Below, piece by piece: positions 17,221-27,676 of a stretch of DNA of 64,000 nt. The DNA comes from a virus, in IMG/VR virus record IMGVR_UViG_3300005573_000001. One strand, 5' to 3'. Positions within the stretch are counted from its first letter, which is position 1. Each line of letters begins with the position of its first letter. The notes under the pieces are model-generated. The model was not told where the DNA came from. It searched no databases and saw nothing but the letters and a program-made list of their open reading frames with translations. A program made the translations under genes and the position numbers.

Positions 17221-20200
17221 TAATGGCCTCGGGAGTATCAGAAATTTCAGGCACGTCAAGGGCGGAAAGATTATAGCGTTGCCGAAGTGGGTAATCTTGC
17301 TCACGGCGTACGCTATGCCAGTTGCGGACAGACGTTAAGAAACCTACAACACGGGTATAATTATCTTTAATATCGCTACCGCAGATACTACAATGGTCTC
17401 CAACATGAACAGTCAGATGACCGTCATAGCACTCCTGTAAGTTATAGTTAAGAGCCCAATATACAACACCCTGCTTAGCACAAAACTCTATCAGCTCAGC
17501 TATCTTATCTTCAGAAACAGGCTGTTCCACATTAATATGCGCAATAGCACCACCAGAGAAGTAGCGGTCAAATATACCCTGAAGACGTATCCTGTCCAAG
17601 ACATCAGCACGAGTCGTAAGAGGAATAAACTGATTAGAGTAGATAGAATACTTATCATTATAGCCCAAGAGGGCATCCTTCTGAGCAAGCTTTATAGAGA
17701 CATTCTCAGCTGGTATCTGCTCAACGTTATGTGGTGCCTTATAGAGCTTTTGCATCTTATCGTTCTCATCATTAATAACGCCAATTAGGTCAAGACCAAA
17801 CTGAACGCCCGAATCGGAGAGCACGTCATAGCCAAGAATCTCAAGACATTCGTTAAAGCCATTAATACCCACAGTACTATACTGACGTCCTATATTAATG
17901 AAGCCGAGGGAATAGAGCGGATGATTACCGTTAGTTATACGCTTCTGAACCACACGACGCTTACAGTAATTAATCTTAGCACAAGTCTGTACTAGCTCAC
18001 GCAAGGCCGCAAAGAACTCTTCCTTAGGCTTACCTACAAACTTAGTAGCTAAGCGAGGAAGGTTCAAGCAGACTACACCTAAACTACCTATCTTAGTACT
18101 ACCAGCTCCAAAGGAGTTAATATACTCGTTCTTCGTACTACTACGCAGCCGGCAATTATGGGTTACTATACCGTTAGGAAGCGTAAAATACGGCTCATCC
18201 TCCATCTCAAAGCAGTAAACATATGAAGGAGCACTATCAAGAGGAAAAACAAAACGCACCCTAGAATAGGAAGGAGGGTTGGGAGAAGTAGCGTTATCCC
18301 AAGGAAGAGCGTAAAAAGAAGAGGGAATACCAAGAGACGTACAAAGAATATCAACGCGCTGCCTATTAAGAGACGAAGGTAAGGAAATATCTCCAGTATA
18401 GACCGTTAGGCCAGCAAGAATACCATACCTGAACGCTGCAGACTCAAGGATAACATCAGGAGTAAGCAACCCCGAGGATGCAGGTATAAAGGACCGTATA
18501 AGGTCAACAAGACGAGACGAACAAGCCTGATAGATAGACATACCCGGGGCAGGGGAATCGATGTAGAATAGAGGGTCGGCGTCAAAGTCTGCTAAGACCG
18601 TATTCAAGGAATCAGATAGGCTTAGGAAGAGGCGGTCAGCTAAAGCAAGGGTAACCGTGTCGCCATCAATACGACCGGCACGTAGAACAAGACCTATCCA
18701 AATGCCCTGCTCATAAGTTAAGGCATGGTTCTGAGCAGGTAGGGGTACGGAATTTACCAAGAGGTAATCGTCAGTGGTAAGCTCGACAGTAGGCACGTCG
18801 CCACGCCGCGTCGGATGGAGGTGATCCTCAGTAACTAACAATGTCTTATCATCATCAGTAAGTATGCAATACATACGCTTATTACCACGAGGTAAGCGGA
18901 TAACACGACCTTTGACCCAACAGCCCTTATGGAAAATAGTAAAGTCGTCAGGAGTATTGTTATAAAGGTCCTCAAAGGATACGCTACGCACTCCGCTACC
19001 GTCCTTAATAAGCACAGTCTGAGCGCCATCAAAGCAACAGGAAGAGAGCGTACTAGTTTCACCTGAATAAATGCTCATAAAGGCAAAGGGCTGTTCATAA
19101 TGAGCAATAGTCTTTAGAAACTCACGATCACGAATATTACGGTTCTCATCCACGCTAAAACAAGCCGAGGTCACAGGAAATGTTACAGGAGTCCTAGTAA
19201 GCTCGGAATTCATAGTGGACATGAAAATTTCCTGCAGGCGCTTAACTGTCTCCTTCCTAGGCGTATAGCCGTCAGGAAAAACATAGTTCGGGAGCAGGGA
19301 GTCTAAGAAATAGTCATCATAGACAGAGACATTAGTAAAACAAGACTGGTTGCCGCGCAACGGCTGATTAATAGTATAGATAAAACTTACCAAGGTCTCC
19401 CGCACATACTTATAGACATTAAGGGAAAACCATTCAGGACAAGCAGGAGCAGTCTTTTCAAGGGTAGCATTAATTGCCTTACAGCGTTGCCACAGCATAG
19501 CTTCCCTAGTAGGCTCATCGATACCAGAAGAAGATTCTATGATAGCAGCCAGCTCCTCCAGCTGGGTAGAGACACGTGCTCGCTCGGCATCGGAAAACCA
19601 GCCATCAAAGAAGAACCCCGCGTCGTTGCCGGTTCTAAGAATCTGGTCAACATAATAAGCCATTACAATAAGCAGATCAGCAAGACCAGTAGCACCCAGA
19701 GTAGAATTGGCAGCTATTATAGTGAATTGCTCTACTTGGCTCTTAAAGGAATACAGATACTTAGGAGGAATACTCTTAATCTTCTGTATCATAGGAAGGC
19801 CGAGAAGAGCCACATCATAAGTAGCATAGTTAAAACAGTTATGCTGTAACAAACCCTGGCTTACAAAGTGACGGGTAGCTGTAGTTACGTCATAGACATA
19901 CTCGGGAGTATCCCAGAGTTCAATCTTAGAGATCTTGTTACTAGGATCACTAGGAGTAGAAGGCTTACGAGCATAGGTTAGGACATAAGTACCAGAACCA
20001 AGGAAGGAAGTAGATACCTTAGCAAAGCGCAAAGCTCTAATTATGTCAGCTAGCTGCTGTACAAGCGCATAGGAAGGCAACTTCAGCTCAATAGTTTCCT
20101 GATGAAAAGATCCCATAACAAGAATCCCGGACACTAAGCTATGTAAGGCAGAAGACGACCAACTAAGGACATCCGGGGGCAAACTAAGGGGTAAAGTAGT

Positions 20201-21115
20201 AGCACCACATAGAGCAGAATCGAGACAGTGCTTAGAAAGGATAAAGGGGCCACTAGGCCAAGGACTATGAAAAAGTCTCCTTATAACGGCAGCGTCCCGC
20301 TCATCAGTAGCCGGGAGCTTAAAGCCACCGAGGAGTAGGCCCAAGACATAGGCATAGTCGGTAGACACATCTACAGTAGAGGAGATAGGTAGGAGAGTAT
20401 CAGCTAGTTTAAGGGTATCACCCAAGACTAACGAGTCAGCGCGCTTATCGCCAGTATCGGTGATAACAGGGTGGTCGGCTGTAACAATCGTACAATGGCC
20501 ATCCTCCGTCTCTAACTTAATGAGAGGAGCATGAGACTTATGACGCATTACAACAGGGGTAGGAACCCATTTGCCGCCTTGATCTAGCAGAGCAAGATTA
20601 GTAGGATAGATAGCCTCATAACCATCCAAAGAAACTACAGGAAAGATAACTGCCAAGTAGTCAAACAAATCCTGCATAGTAAAGTAATAAACAGTATCAT
20701 CCAAACGAGCAGTCACAGAGGTTCCACCATAATAAGAATACGGCAGGCCAGCTCCTACTCCCCAAAGGTCATTAATATAGAAGTCACCGGTAATCTGTTG
20801 CTCTATAATAGTATTAGCAGTTAGAAGTCCATAAACCTTCTTCAGCTCTTTCCAAAGAATAAAGAGGCTGTTCAGCTTAAAGAGAGGCTTAGGCATTTCT
20901 GTATTATAAGCAATAACACTAACATCGTCAACATTAGCATTAGCATCCATGCTAACGTCGGCAGTTGTACGGGCACTATAGAAACTTTTACTGAAGGCAC
21001 TCAGGTCCATCTGTTTACCAATACCTTCAAGGTCAAAAAGCTTAGTAGGGTACTTGCTACGCAAGTACATCATAAGATCATCAAATTCCTGATCATAGGT
21101 TATTGAAGAATACAT
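17195..21115 (-). CDS. nrdD: Class III anaerobic ribonucleotide reductase with two inteins
   Basis: SSC[intein]CRL, EQIPAE, C-terminal CxxC and TRVVGFL glycyl-radical motif. Confidence 0.92.
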   Translation of the reverse strand: MYSSITYDQEFDDLMMYLRSKYPTKLFDLEGIGKQMDLSAFSKSFYSARTTADVSMDANANVDDVSVIAYNTEMPKPLFKLNSLFILWKELKKVYGLLTANTIIEQQITGDFYINDLWGVGAGLPYSYYGGTSVTARLDDTVYYFTMQDLFDYLAVIFPVVSLDGYEAIYPTNLALLDQGGKWVPTPVVMRHKSHAPLIKLETEDGHCTIVTADHPVITDTGDKRADSLVLGDTLKLADTLLPISSTVDVSTDYAYVLGLLLGGFKLPATDERDAAVIRRLFHSPWPSGPFILSKHCLDSALCGATTLPLSLPPDVLSWSSSALHSLVSGILVMGSFHQETIELKLPSYALVQQLADIIRALRFAKVSTSFLGSGTYVLTYARKPSTPSDPSNKISKIELWDTPEYVYDVTTATRHFVSQGLLQHNCFNYATYDVALLGLPMIQKIKSIPPKYLYSFKSQVEQFTIIAANSTLGATGLADLLIVMAYYVDQILRTGNDAGFFFDGWFSDAERARVSTQLEELAAIIESSSGIDEPTREAMLWQRCKAINATLEKTAPACPEWFSLNVYKYVRETLVSFIYTINQPLRGNQSCFTNVSVYDDYFLDSLLPNYVFPDGYTPRKETVKRLQEIFMSTMNSELTRTPVTFPVTSACFSVDENRNIRDREFLKTIAHYEQPFAFMSIYSGETSTLSSCCFDGAQTVLIKDGSGVRSVSFEDLYNNTPDDFTIFHKGCWVKGRVIRLPRGNKRMYCILTDDDKTLLVTEDHLHPTRRGDVPTVELTTDDYLLVNSVPLPAQNHALTYEQGIWIGLVLRAGRIDGDTVTLALADRLFLSLSDSLNTVLADFDADPLFYIDSPAPGMSIYQACSSRLVDLIRSFIPASSGLLTPDVILESAAFRYGILAGLTVYTGDISLPSSLNRQRVDILCTSLGIPSSFYALPWDNATSPNPPSYSRVRFVFPLDSAPSYVYCFEMEDEPYFTLPNGIVTHNCRLRSSTKNEYINSFGAGSTKIGSLGVVCLNLPRLATKFVGKPKEEFFAALRELVQTCAKINYCKRRVVQKRITNGNHPLYSLGFINIGRQYSTVGINGFNECLEILGYDVLSDSGVQFGLDLIGVINDENDKMQKLYKAPHNVEQIPAENVSIKLAQKDALLGYNDKYSIYSNQFIPLTTRADVLDRIRLQGIFDRYFSGGAIAHINVEQPVSEDKIAELIEFCAKQGVVYWALNYNLQECYDGHLTVHVGDHCSICGSDIKDNYTRVVGFLTSVRNWHSVRREQDYPLRQRYNLSALDVPEISDTPEAINECCSDAV
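18155..19036 (-). mobile_element. Intein 2 in NrdD (294 aa) at the catalytic CC motif
   Basis: SSC|CFDGAQTV ... TEDH ... YVYCFEM ... IVTHN|CRL. Confidence 0.9.
19838..20737 (-). mobile_element. Intein 1 in NrdD (300 aa), Ser-initiated
   Basis: LPY|SYYGGTSV ... TADHP ... YVYDVTT ... LQHN|CFN. Confidence 0.88.
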
Positions 21116-21155
21116 AATGTCACTCCATCTGATTTGAAAGTTATACGAAACCAGC

Positions 21156-24100
21156 CTAGACAGAGGTAGGATTGTTAATATCTTCAACGACAAGTGTATC
21201 CGAATATCCAGGCCGGGAGAGACGGGTTATAGTAAAGAGTTTAACAGTCTTAGAGCGCACCTTACGGTGTAACTTAGCATAGTCCTTAGGAAATATAGTC
21301 AGCGTGACACGTCCATTACGGGACATCTCAACATCCACAAAAGACATAAGTTCTCCCTTCTTAGTAGTAACGGTACGGTGCTCCAAAACAAAACAAGGTA
21401 CAGTAAAGGAAGTTCGCTCAGGAATATCAGACAAGCGAACGTCAGTATCATAGTCTGCCAAAGGACTCAAAGTAAGATAGGTGCCAAGGAGCTCATACTC
21501 TTTATCCAATATATCGGCAGCGGTTACAGGGCCGGGCTCCAAGGGCAACCCACGTAACTCCAAAAGATAGTTAAGGAGCTCGAACCGATTAGCACAGGAG
21601 CGCTCACGAGGCAGAGTATCGAGGGCACCAGCATATACAAGAGCAACAATAACCTTACGATTAAGCTCAGACTTCAGTGTACTCGCAGCCAAGTGCTCGA
21701 TACTAGTAAAGGGGCGTTTAGCTAAAAGACTTACCAAGTTACCATCACCCAGTCCCATAATGAAGGACAACCCAACACGGATGTTACCGTCCTCGACGGA
21801 AAAGCCTATTTCAGACTTATTAAGGTCAGGAGGTAAGATGGCCATACCATCACGGCGACACTCATCGAGATAGGCAATGAGCAGCGCTCGCTCACCTGTA
21901 ATATGAGCAGTCATAAAGGCAGCCATATACTCAGGACGATAGTAAGCCTTAAGCCATGCAGTCTGATAGGTCAACTTAGAATAGCAATAGGCATGAGACT
22001 TGTTAAAGGCATAATCAGCAAAGGTTTCTAGCTGAGAAGAAATCTTCTTAGCTACATCCTCACTCATGCCCATACGAATAAGGCCAGGAATTGCATGTTC
22101 ATTAGGATCAGTGGGATTAGTTCCATAGACAAGCTTGTCAAGTTCTGCAAGCAAGATAGAGCGCTTCTTCTTACCCACGCCCTTACGTAGCGCATCAGCT
22201 TCACCAGGAGTAAAACCCGCAAGCTGTTTCGCTATCTCCATAACCTGTTCTTGGTACACAATAACGCCATAAGTCTCACGAAGTATTGGCTCCAGACGGG
22301 GATCGTCATAGGTAACAGGCGTATATCCCCGAGAGCGGGCAATATAGCTAGGAACAAGGTCTAAAGGACCCGGACGATATAGAGCATTAATAGCAGCAAT
22401 GGCGGCCAAATTAGTCGGACACACACTAGAAAGAATACGGCGCATACCGTCAGACTCAACTTGGAACACACCTGAGGTATCACCTTTACTAAGGAGCTCG
22501 TAAACTCTAGGATCAGAGAAGTCGTCAGACTTACCGATAGCATAGTAATCGAGCTCAATACCCCGGGCCTTAAGCATACGCAGCGTATCCGCAATAATTG
22601 ATAGGGTCTTCAGAGCAAGGATGTCAACCTTTATTAGACCAAGCTGCTCTATCGCGTCCATATCAAACTGAGAGACGACTACCTGCTCGTCACGATCAAG
22701 CATAAGGGGACAATACTTAGAGAGGGGCTCAGGAGAGATTACAACGCCAGAAGCATGGGAGGAAACATTGGCAGGAAAGAACTCTACCTTCTCAGCAATA
22801 GAAATCCAATTAGGGTATTCCTCCATAGCACGCACAAGCTCAGGAATAGGGTCCAAACCCTTGTCTGGATTTCCATGAAGACACTCATGAAGAGTACGAA
22901 GCTTACCTGCATCAGAAGGAATACACTTAGAAATAAAGTCAATAGCTTCATTAGGAACACCAAGAGATTTACCGACGCGACGCAAAGCGGCCTTAGCAGT
23001 CAAAGTAGAGATAGTGCCTATAGTACAAACACGGTCAGCACCATAATGCTCAGCTAGATATTGAAGTAACTCTCCACGACGATTGCGATCAAAGTCTATA
23101 TCAATATCCGGATACATAACACGCTCAGGATTTAAGAACCTCTCAAAGAGAAGTCCATACTTGATAGGATCCATGTCGGTAATACCGAGAGCATAGGAGA
23201 CCAAGGCTCCAGCAGCACTACCACGACCCGGACCCACAAGAATACCACGACTCTTAGCGACGTCCACATAGTCCTTAACTATAAGGAAGTAACTTGCAAG
23301 CTTTTTGTCGCAAATAACACCTAACTCATACTTAAGACGAGACATATACAGGTCGAAATCCAGATCTTCAGCTTCGATCTTAGCATACATATTCCTTAGA
23401 GCTAAAGACTTAAGGTGAGCTTCAGGAGTTGTACCACCAGGTAAGTCAGTAGCTATAGGAGGATGTAAAACACCAAGGTCAATAGTAACATTACAGGCAT
23501 CGGCTATACAAGCGGTGTTACGCACAGCTTCAACAGGCATACCAGCATCAAGCATCTGCTGTTCAGTATGAAGAAAATAGACGTTATCGGGAAAGCGCAA
23601 CCTATCAGGAGCATCCACAAGAGAATTAGTCTGCATCGCAAGAACGACATCGTGAAAATGACAGTCTTCCTGATCTATATAATGAACGTCACTGGTACAC
23701 ACCAAAGGGATACCAGTGTCGCGACTAATCTGAATAAGTGCAGCATTTACTGCCAACTGCTCAGATAGAGTAGAGGGCTGTAGCTCTAAGTAAAAGGCAT
23801 CAAACATAGCGCTAAAACGACGAGCCAAAGCTACAGCCTCAGAAGTTTTACCAGCAAGAATAAGGCGCGAAATTGGCCCAGCTAAGCAAGCGGAAGTAGC
23901 AATGATTCCCTTACCATACTGAGACAAAACAGACATATCCGTCAAAGGACGATAGTAAAAGCCATTAAGGTTTGCATCCGTAACTACCTTAATCAGATTC
24001 TCGTAGCCTTCGTTAGTAGCAGCAAGTAGAAGGAGATGGCAGCCTTGATTCCAAGTAATAACATCCTTATAGCGCACCTCCTTAACTTTAGTGCCATCGG

Positions 24101-24422
24101 GCCCTTTAAGAGTAACAGTCTGTTTATGAACGGTAGAACGCGCATACGGAGCATACTCAGGATCAGTAGCAGCAAGCATGTCAAGACGAGCCCTATCCTT
24201 AATAGTACGGTCTACAGTTACATAGACTTCTGCACCTAAAATAGGCTTAATACCTTGCTTGCGGCATTCAGTATAAAACTCAACAATACCTAACATATTA
24301 CCGTGGTCGGTAATAGCAAGGGAATCCATACCATACTGTTTAGCACGAGCCACTAACGCCGGTATCTCACAAATGCCGTCGAGCACGCTCATGTAAGTAT
24401 GGTTATGCAAGCTAATATACAT
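21156..24422 (-). CDS. dnaE: DNA polymerase III alpha subunit
   Basis: PHP HNHT..S, GRGSAAG, PDIDIDF, KVDILAL, AFNKSHA, C-terminal OB fold. Confidence 0.95.
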   Translation of the reverse strand: MYISLHNHTYMSVLDGICEIPALVARAKQYGMDSLAITDHGNMLGIVEFYTECRKQGIKPILGAEVYVTVDRTIKDRARLDMLAATDPEYAPYARSTVHKQTVTLKGPDGTKVKEVRYKDVITWNQGCHLLLLAATNEGYENLIKVVTDANLNGFYYRPLTDMSVLSQYGKGIIATSACLAGPISRLILAGKTSEAVALARRFSAMFDAFYLELQPSTLSEQLAVNAALIQISRDTGIPLVCTSDVHYIDQEDCHFHDVVLAMQTNSLVDAPDRLRFPDNVYFLHTEQQMLDAGMPVEAVRNTACIADACNVTIDLGVLHPPIATDLPGGTTPEAHLKSLALRNMYAKIEAEDLDFDLYMSRLKYELGVICDKKLASYFLIVKDYVDVAKSRGILVGPGRGSAAGALVSYALGITDMDPIKYGLLFERFLNPERVMYPDIDIDFDRNRRGELLQYLAEHYGADRVCTIGTISTLTAKAALRRVGKSLGVPNEAIDFISKCIPSDAGKLRTLHECLHGNPDKGLDPIPELVRAMEEYPNWISIAEKVEFFPANVSSHASGVVISPEPLSKYCPLMLDRDEQVVVSQFDMDAIEQLGLIKVDILALKTLSIIADTLRMLKARGIELDYYAIGKSDDFSDPRVYELLSKGDTSGVFQVESDGMRRILSSVCPTNLAAIAAINALYRPGPLDLVPSYIARSRGYTPVTYDDPRLEPILRETYGVIVYQEQVMEIAKQLAGFTPGEADALRKGVGKKKRSILLAELDKLVYGTNPTDPNEHAIPGLIRMGMSEDVAKKISSQLETFADYAFNKSHAYCYSKLTYQTAWLKAYYRPEYMAAFMTAHITGERALLIAYLDECRRDGMAILPPDLNKSEIGFSVEDGNIRVGLSFIMGLGDGNLVSLLAKRPFTSIEHLAASTLKSELNRKVIVALVYAGALDTLPRERSCANRFELLNYLLELRGLPLEPGPVTAADILDKEYELLGTYLTLSPLADYDTDVRLSDIPERTSFTVPCFVLEHRTVTTKKGELMSFVDVEMSRNGRVTLTIFPKDYAKLHRKVRSKTVKLFTITRLSRPGYSDTLVVEDINNPTSV

Positions 24423-24458
24423 AGTTAACCCAAACGCCCAAAGGGCACGATGAAGTCC

Positions 24459-24830
24459 TTAAAGAATCTGAATAGACTGGACATAGAGAGTCGGCGTGGA
24501 AGACTTAGTGTTATTACAGTAACGACTCGCACCTTTAGCAATAACACGAGAACCCACAACAATATCCGACAGGGACTTATCATCCTCAACCTTTACCACC
24601 TGAGGAAGGATAGCAAGAAGAATCTCACCAACAGGGTCACTGATAGTAACTAAGTATCCCGGCAAAAGGTTACCAGTACTCTTATCAGAAAGAAGGGGAA
24701 CAACTAAGAGAGACTTAACGATACCAGCAACCACTAAGAGCTCAGGCTTAGTCCTATCAGCAAAGAAATCAACAGAGTAAATATTAACTACATCCTTAGT
24801 AGTCTCATAGAGTTGTACATGAGTATTCAT
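24459..24830 (-). CDS. Possible OB-fold protein
   Basis: Beta-rich pattern (VVAGIVKS...VTISDPVGEI...VIAKG) resembling the DnaE OB domain. Confidence 0.45.
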   Translation of the reverse strand: MNTHVQLYETTKDVVNIYSVDFFADRTKPELLVVAGIVKSLLVVPLLSDKSTGNLLPGYLVTISDPVGEILLAILPQVVKVEDDKSLSDIVVGSRVIAKGASRYCNNTKSSTPTLYVQSIQIL

Positions 24831-24870
24831 AGCATCACCTTGTTAAATATAGTAATGCGCTGTGCAGAGT

Positions 24871-24899
24871 ATTATACCATACACACAGCAGTTATGCAA
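24871..24899 (-). promoter_or_regulatory. sigmaA-type promoter with extended -10
   Basis: TTGCAT-17 nt-TATAAT with TG motif. Confidence 0.7.
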
Positions 24900-24907
24900 G
24901 TCCTAAA

Positions 24908-25726
24908 TTATACCTCGTCTCGTACTCGATAAAAAGCATAGACTGTAGTAGCGTAGGCAGGCAGACGGTCCTGCAGTAAGGTCGCAAAAGCATCATGGAC
25001 AGCAGCCCAAGAAGTAAAATCCGTCGTGTAAGAACCCAGAAGCTTCATAACAGCAAAGTACAGGTTACAGAGAGTATTATGAATAGCAGTTACAAAAACC
25101 TGGACCCCATCCGTAAGTATAGGAGAAGTTACACGAGAAGCAAGCAAGGCAGCAACAGGCGGATAGAGGGTAATACTATCAGGCCTGATAGTGCCGTCAA
25201 CCAAAGAGCTGACAATATCAGAAAGAACGAGGAAAGCAAACTGATAAACCTCGGTCATAAAGCGAGTAGGGTCGACTGTAATAGACAAAGTCTTAGCAAG
25301 AAACTGCACAGGAGCAACGTAGAGACCCAATATAGCCGCAACAAGGTCAGAATGTAAGAAAGTAAGCACCAACCTAAAGTGGGGAGAAGATACTGGAGCC
25401 CTAAGAGGCAAGCGATCCGAAGAAAGAAACAGATGCGGAAGCAGACCCTCACAACCAGAATCGGTCAACCGCGCAATAAGCTGAGAGTACAGAACGGTTA
25501 CAAGGGCATCAGCCAGAAAAGTCACGTCAGCGACAGTAGGACCAAGATGAGGAACGATTATAGTCGCTTCCTGAGCATAAGAGTCAGCTTGCTGGCGGCG
25601 AATAGTGTTACCCAACTGAGATAATGGTACTACAGATGGGGCAGGACTAGACAGAGGAGAACCTAGCTGGTCAGAAGCTTGGTCCTCAAACATAGAGTCA
25701 CTAAATAAGTCATCAAAATTAGACAT
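24908..25726 (-). CDS. Hypothetical protein
   Basis: GAGGTG RBS. Confidence 0.55.
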   Translation of the reverse strand: MSNFDDLFSDSMFEDQASDQLGSPLSSPAPSVVPLSQLGNTIRRQQADSYAQEATIIVPHLGPTVADVTFLADALVTVLYSQLIARLTDSGCEGLLPHLFLSSDRLPLRAPVSSPHFRLVLTFLHSDLVAAILGLYVAPVQFLAKTLSITVDPTRFMTEVYQFAFLVLSDIVSSLVDGTIRPDSITLYPPVAALLASRVTSPILTDGVQVFVTAIHNTLCNLYFAVMKLLGSYTTDFTSWAAVHDAFATLLQDRLPAYATTVYAFYRVRDEV

Positions 25727-25740
25727 AAAACACCTCTAAG

Positions 25741-26481
25741 CTATAACGAGAAGTCATCAGGAGACAACGGTTCCAAAGCCTCGTAGGGAAAGGTAGACTG
25801 GCCAACTAAGTGTTGCCGAATAAAAGAAACCTTCGACATGAAAGAACCATTAAAGCGCATAGTACCCAAGTCATTATTAAAAGGAGAACCCCAGAAGAGA
25901 TTAATAACAGGATCTAGAAGAGCATAGTTCGGCCTAGTCACACCGCGAAGCAAATCATTCAAACGACACTTCCCCCAGCATATAGAACCATTCTCATAGA
26001 CGTTAGGAAAGGGCATACGCCTAAGATAAGGAGAGAGCACAGAGAGATTGCCAGAAGACTGCAAAACCTGAAGGGCTGCAGGAGGAAGAACAGCAACAGT
26101 AGTAGAACGAACAACAGGATTAGCATGAAAGTCTAGGGTAATCTTCCAAATACACTGAGGACACAAACAGTCCTGGACCATCTCAATAGAAGTCGAAGGC
26201 GAATCACCAACAGATAGATCTGGCGGCAATAAGAGTGGGCGGCGGTGCTCAGGACGAACAACAACAAAGGTGTGCAAGCCACGATACATAACATAGGCAA
26301 GGCACCCAGCAGGCAAGTAGAAACTATAGGAAGTAAACTTACTAGACAGAGCAGTAAGTAAGTCAGGCAAGGCAATATACTTCCGTATAGTAGCACCAGA
26401 CGAGGTAACCAAATCAGCAGCAGCTATATCCGAGCCGTCAGTAATATGCAAGCTGGCAAACAGAATAGAATTCTTGGACAT
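25741..26481 (-). CDS. Prokaryotic E2 family D-like protein (PRTRC protein B-like)
   Basis: PFPNVYENGSICWG and FWGSPFNNDL motifs. Confidence 0.72.
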   Translation of the reverse strand: MSKNSILFASLHITDGSDIAAADLVTSSGATIRKYIALPDLLTALSSKFTSYSFYLPAGCLAYVMYRGLHTFVVVRPEHRRPLLLPPDLSVGDSPSTSIEMVQDCLCPQCIWKITLDFHANPVVRSTTVAVLPPAALQVLQSSGNLSVLSPYLRRMPFPNVYENGSICWGKCRLNDLLRGVTRPNYALLDPVINLFWGSPFNNDLGTMRFNGSFMSKVSFIRQHLVGQSTFPYEALEPLSPDDFSL

Positions 26482-26499
26482 CTAAACCTCCATCCCGGG

Positions 26500-27372
26500 T
26501 TACTGGGACAACCCAGGTAAAACAGTAGTATTAATAGTAGCACCAGTGGTCGAATCAAACAAAGAAAGGGCAGAATACGTACAAGTTAGCGATTGCCTAT
26601 TCACGTAGAAACTGCGAAGAGAACCAAGAAGATCATGTAGTACATCCATACACAAGGGCACTGAAGCAACAAGCGAGTCGAAGTAAGTCTTCAAGGCTGA
26701 GGCTGCAGTACTAAGAAGAAACGAACTTCCTTGTCTTGCAAAATCAGGCTTATAGACTATAGTATAACTAGAGGGTACTACATCAGACACATAATTAGTG
26801 AGACCCAAGTCACGACAAGTACTAATTATGCTAAGTAAAGGCTTCACCAAAGGAGGAACGCGTTTCGGAATAGACAAGCGTACTCTACGAAGGTGAAGCT
26901 CATAACCAGGTATAGCAGGCCCAGAGTGCAATAAAGTACTAATATGATCTATAATAAGTCTTTGAGGTAAACCAAGAGTAGCATAAGAAGAGGAACCGGT
27001 AGTAAGCTGAAAGAAGAACCTCAAGAAACTAAAGAGCACAGAAAGACCAAAGCCACGTACAGTAATACGTAACTGATTCGGACCAATAACAGTAGAAGAG
27101 ATAGAGAGATCAGGCAGAGACCGAGCCAGACTGGATACAGCAACAGTCTTAATAGCAGTAAGAATAATAGAAGTAGGATCAACAATAACACAGTCGTCAG
27201 ACGATTTAGCCTTGGAGAACGGAACAAATAAGTCAGGAATCTCAGCCCTATTCCCAAACAGAGAATTAGACAAGGCAGAAGCCGGAAGAAGCAACTGCTT
27301 ATCAGTACAGTCAAGGTAACGGGCAGAATCAACAGCGAAAAGCAACGAAGACAGATAATCAGATGAAGTCAT
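26500..27372 (-). CDS. Hypothetical protein within ubiquitin-like cassette
   Basis: ORF with GAGGTG RBS. Confidence 0.5.
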   Translation of the reverse strand: MTSSDYLSSLLFAVDSARYLDCTDKQLLLPASALSNSLFGNRAEIPDLFVPFSKAKSSDDCVIVDPTSIILTAIKTVAVSSLARSLPDLSISSTVIGPNQLRITVRGFGLSVLFSFLRFFFQLTTGSSSYATLGLPQRLIIDHISTLLHSGPAIPGYELHLRRVRLSIPKRVPPLVKPLLSIISTCRDLGLTNYVSDVVPSSYTIVYKPDFARQGSSFLLSTAASALKTYFDSLVASVPLCMDVLHDLLGSLRSFYVNRQSLTCTYSALSLFDSTTGATINTTVLPGLSQ

Positions 27373-27661
27373 TAGACACCTCCACAGACACAGGAAGGGA
27401 ATTTATATCAGCCAGATTACAAAATAGATGACGTGCAGTAGGAGCAGAAGCAGAAGGAAAGAGAAGCTTAGCAGCAAAAGATAGAGCAGCTGGAGGTACA
27501 GACAGAAATGACTCCGGGACTGCATTCGCCTGAAAGTAATACATATCATATAGGGTGTCTAAGACCTCAGAGACGGGCAAATCGGTAACAGATAACTTAG
27601 CAGAGATAGGGTCTGTAGAAGAGAACAAAAGATCCAATAATAATGTAGAAGCAGTACTCAT
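27359..27661 (-). CDS. Hypothetical protein within ubiquitin-like cassette
   Basis: GGAGG RBS. Confidence 0.5.
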   Translation of the reverse strand: MSTASTLLLDLLFSSTDPISAKLSVTDLPVSEVLDTLYDMYYFQANAVPESFLSVPPAALSFAAKLLFPSASAPTARHLFCNLADINSLPVSVEVSNDFI

Positions 27662-27676
27662 AGTAACCTCCATAGA

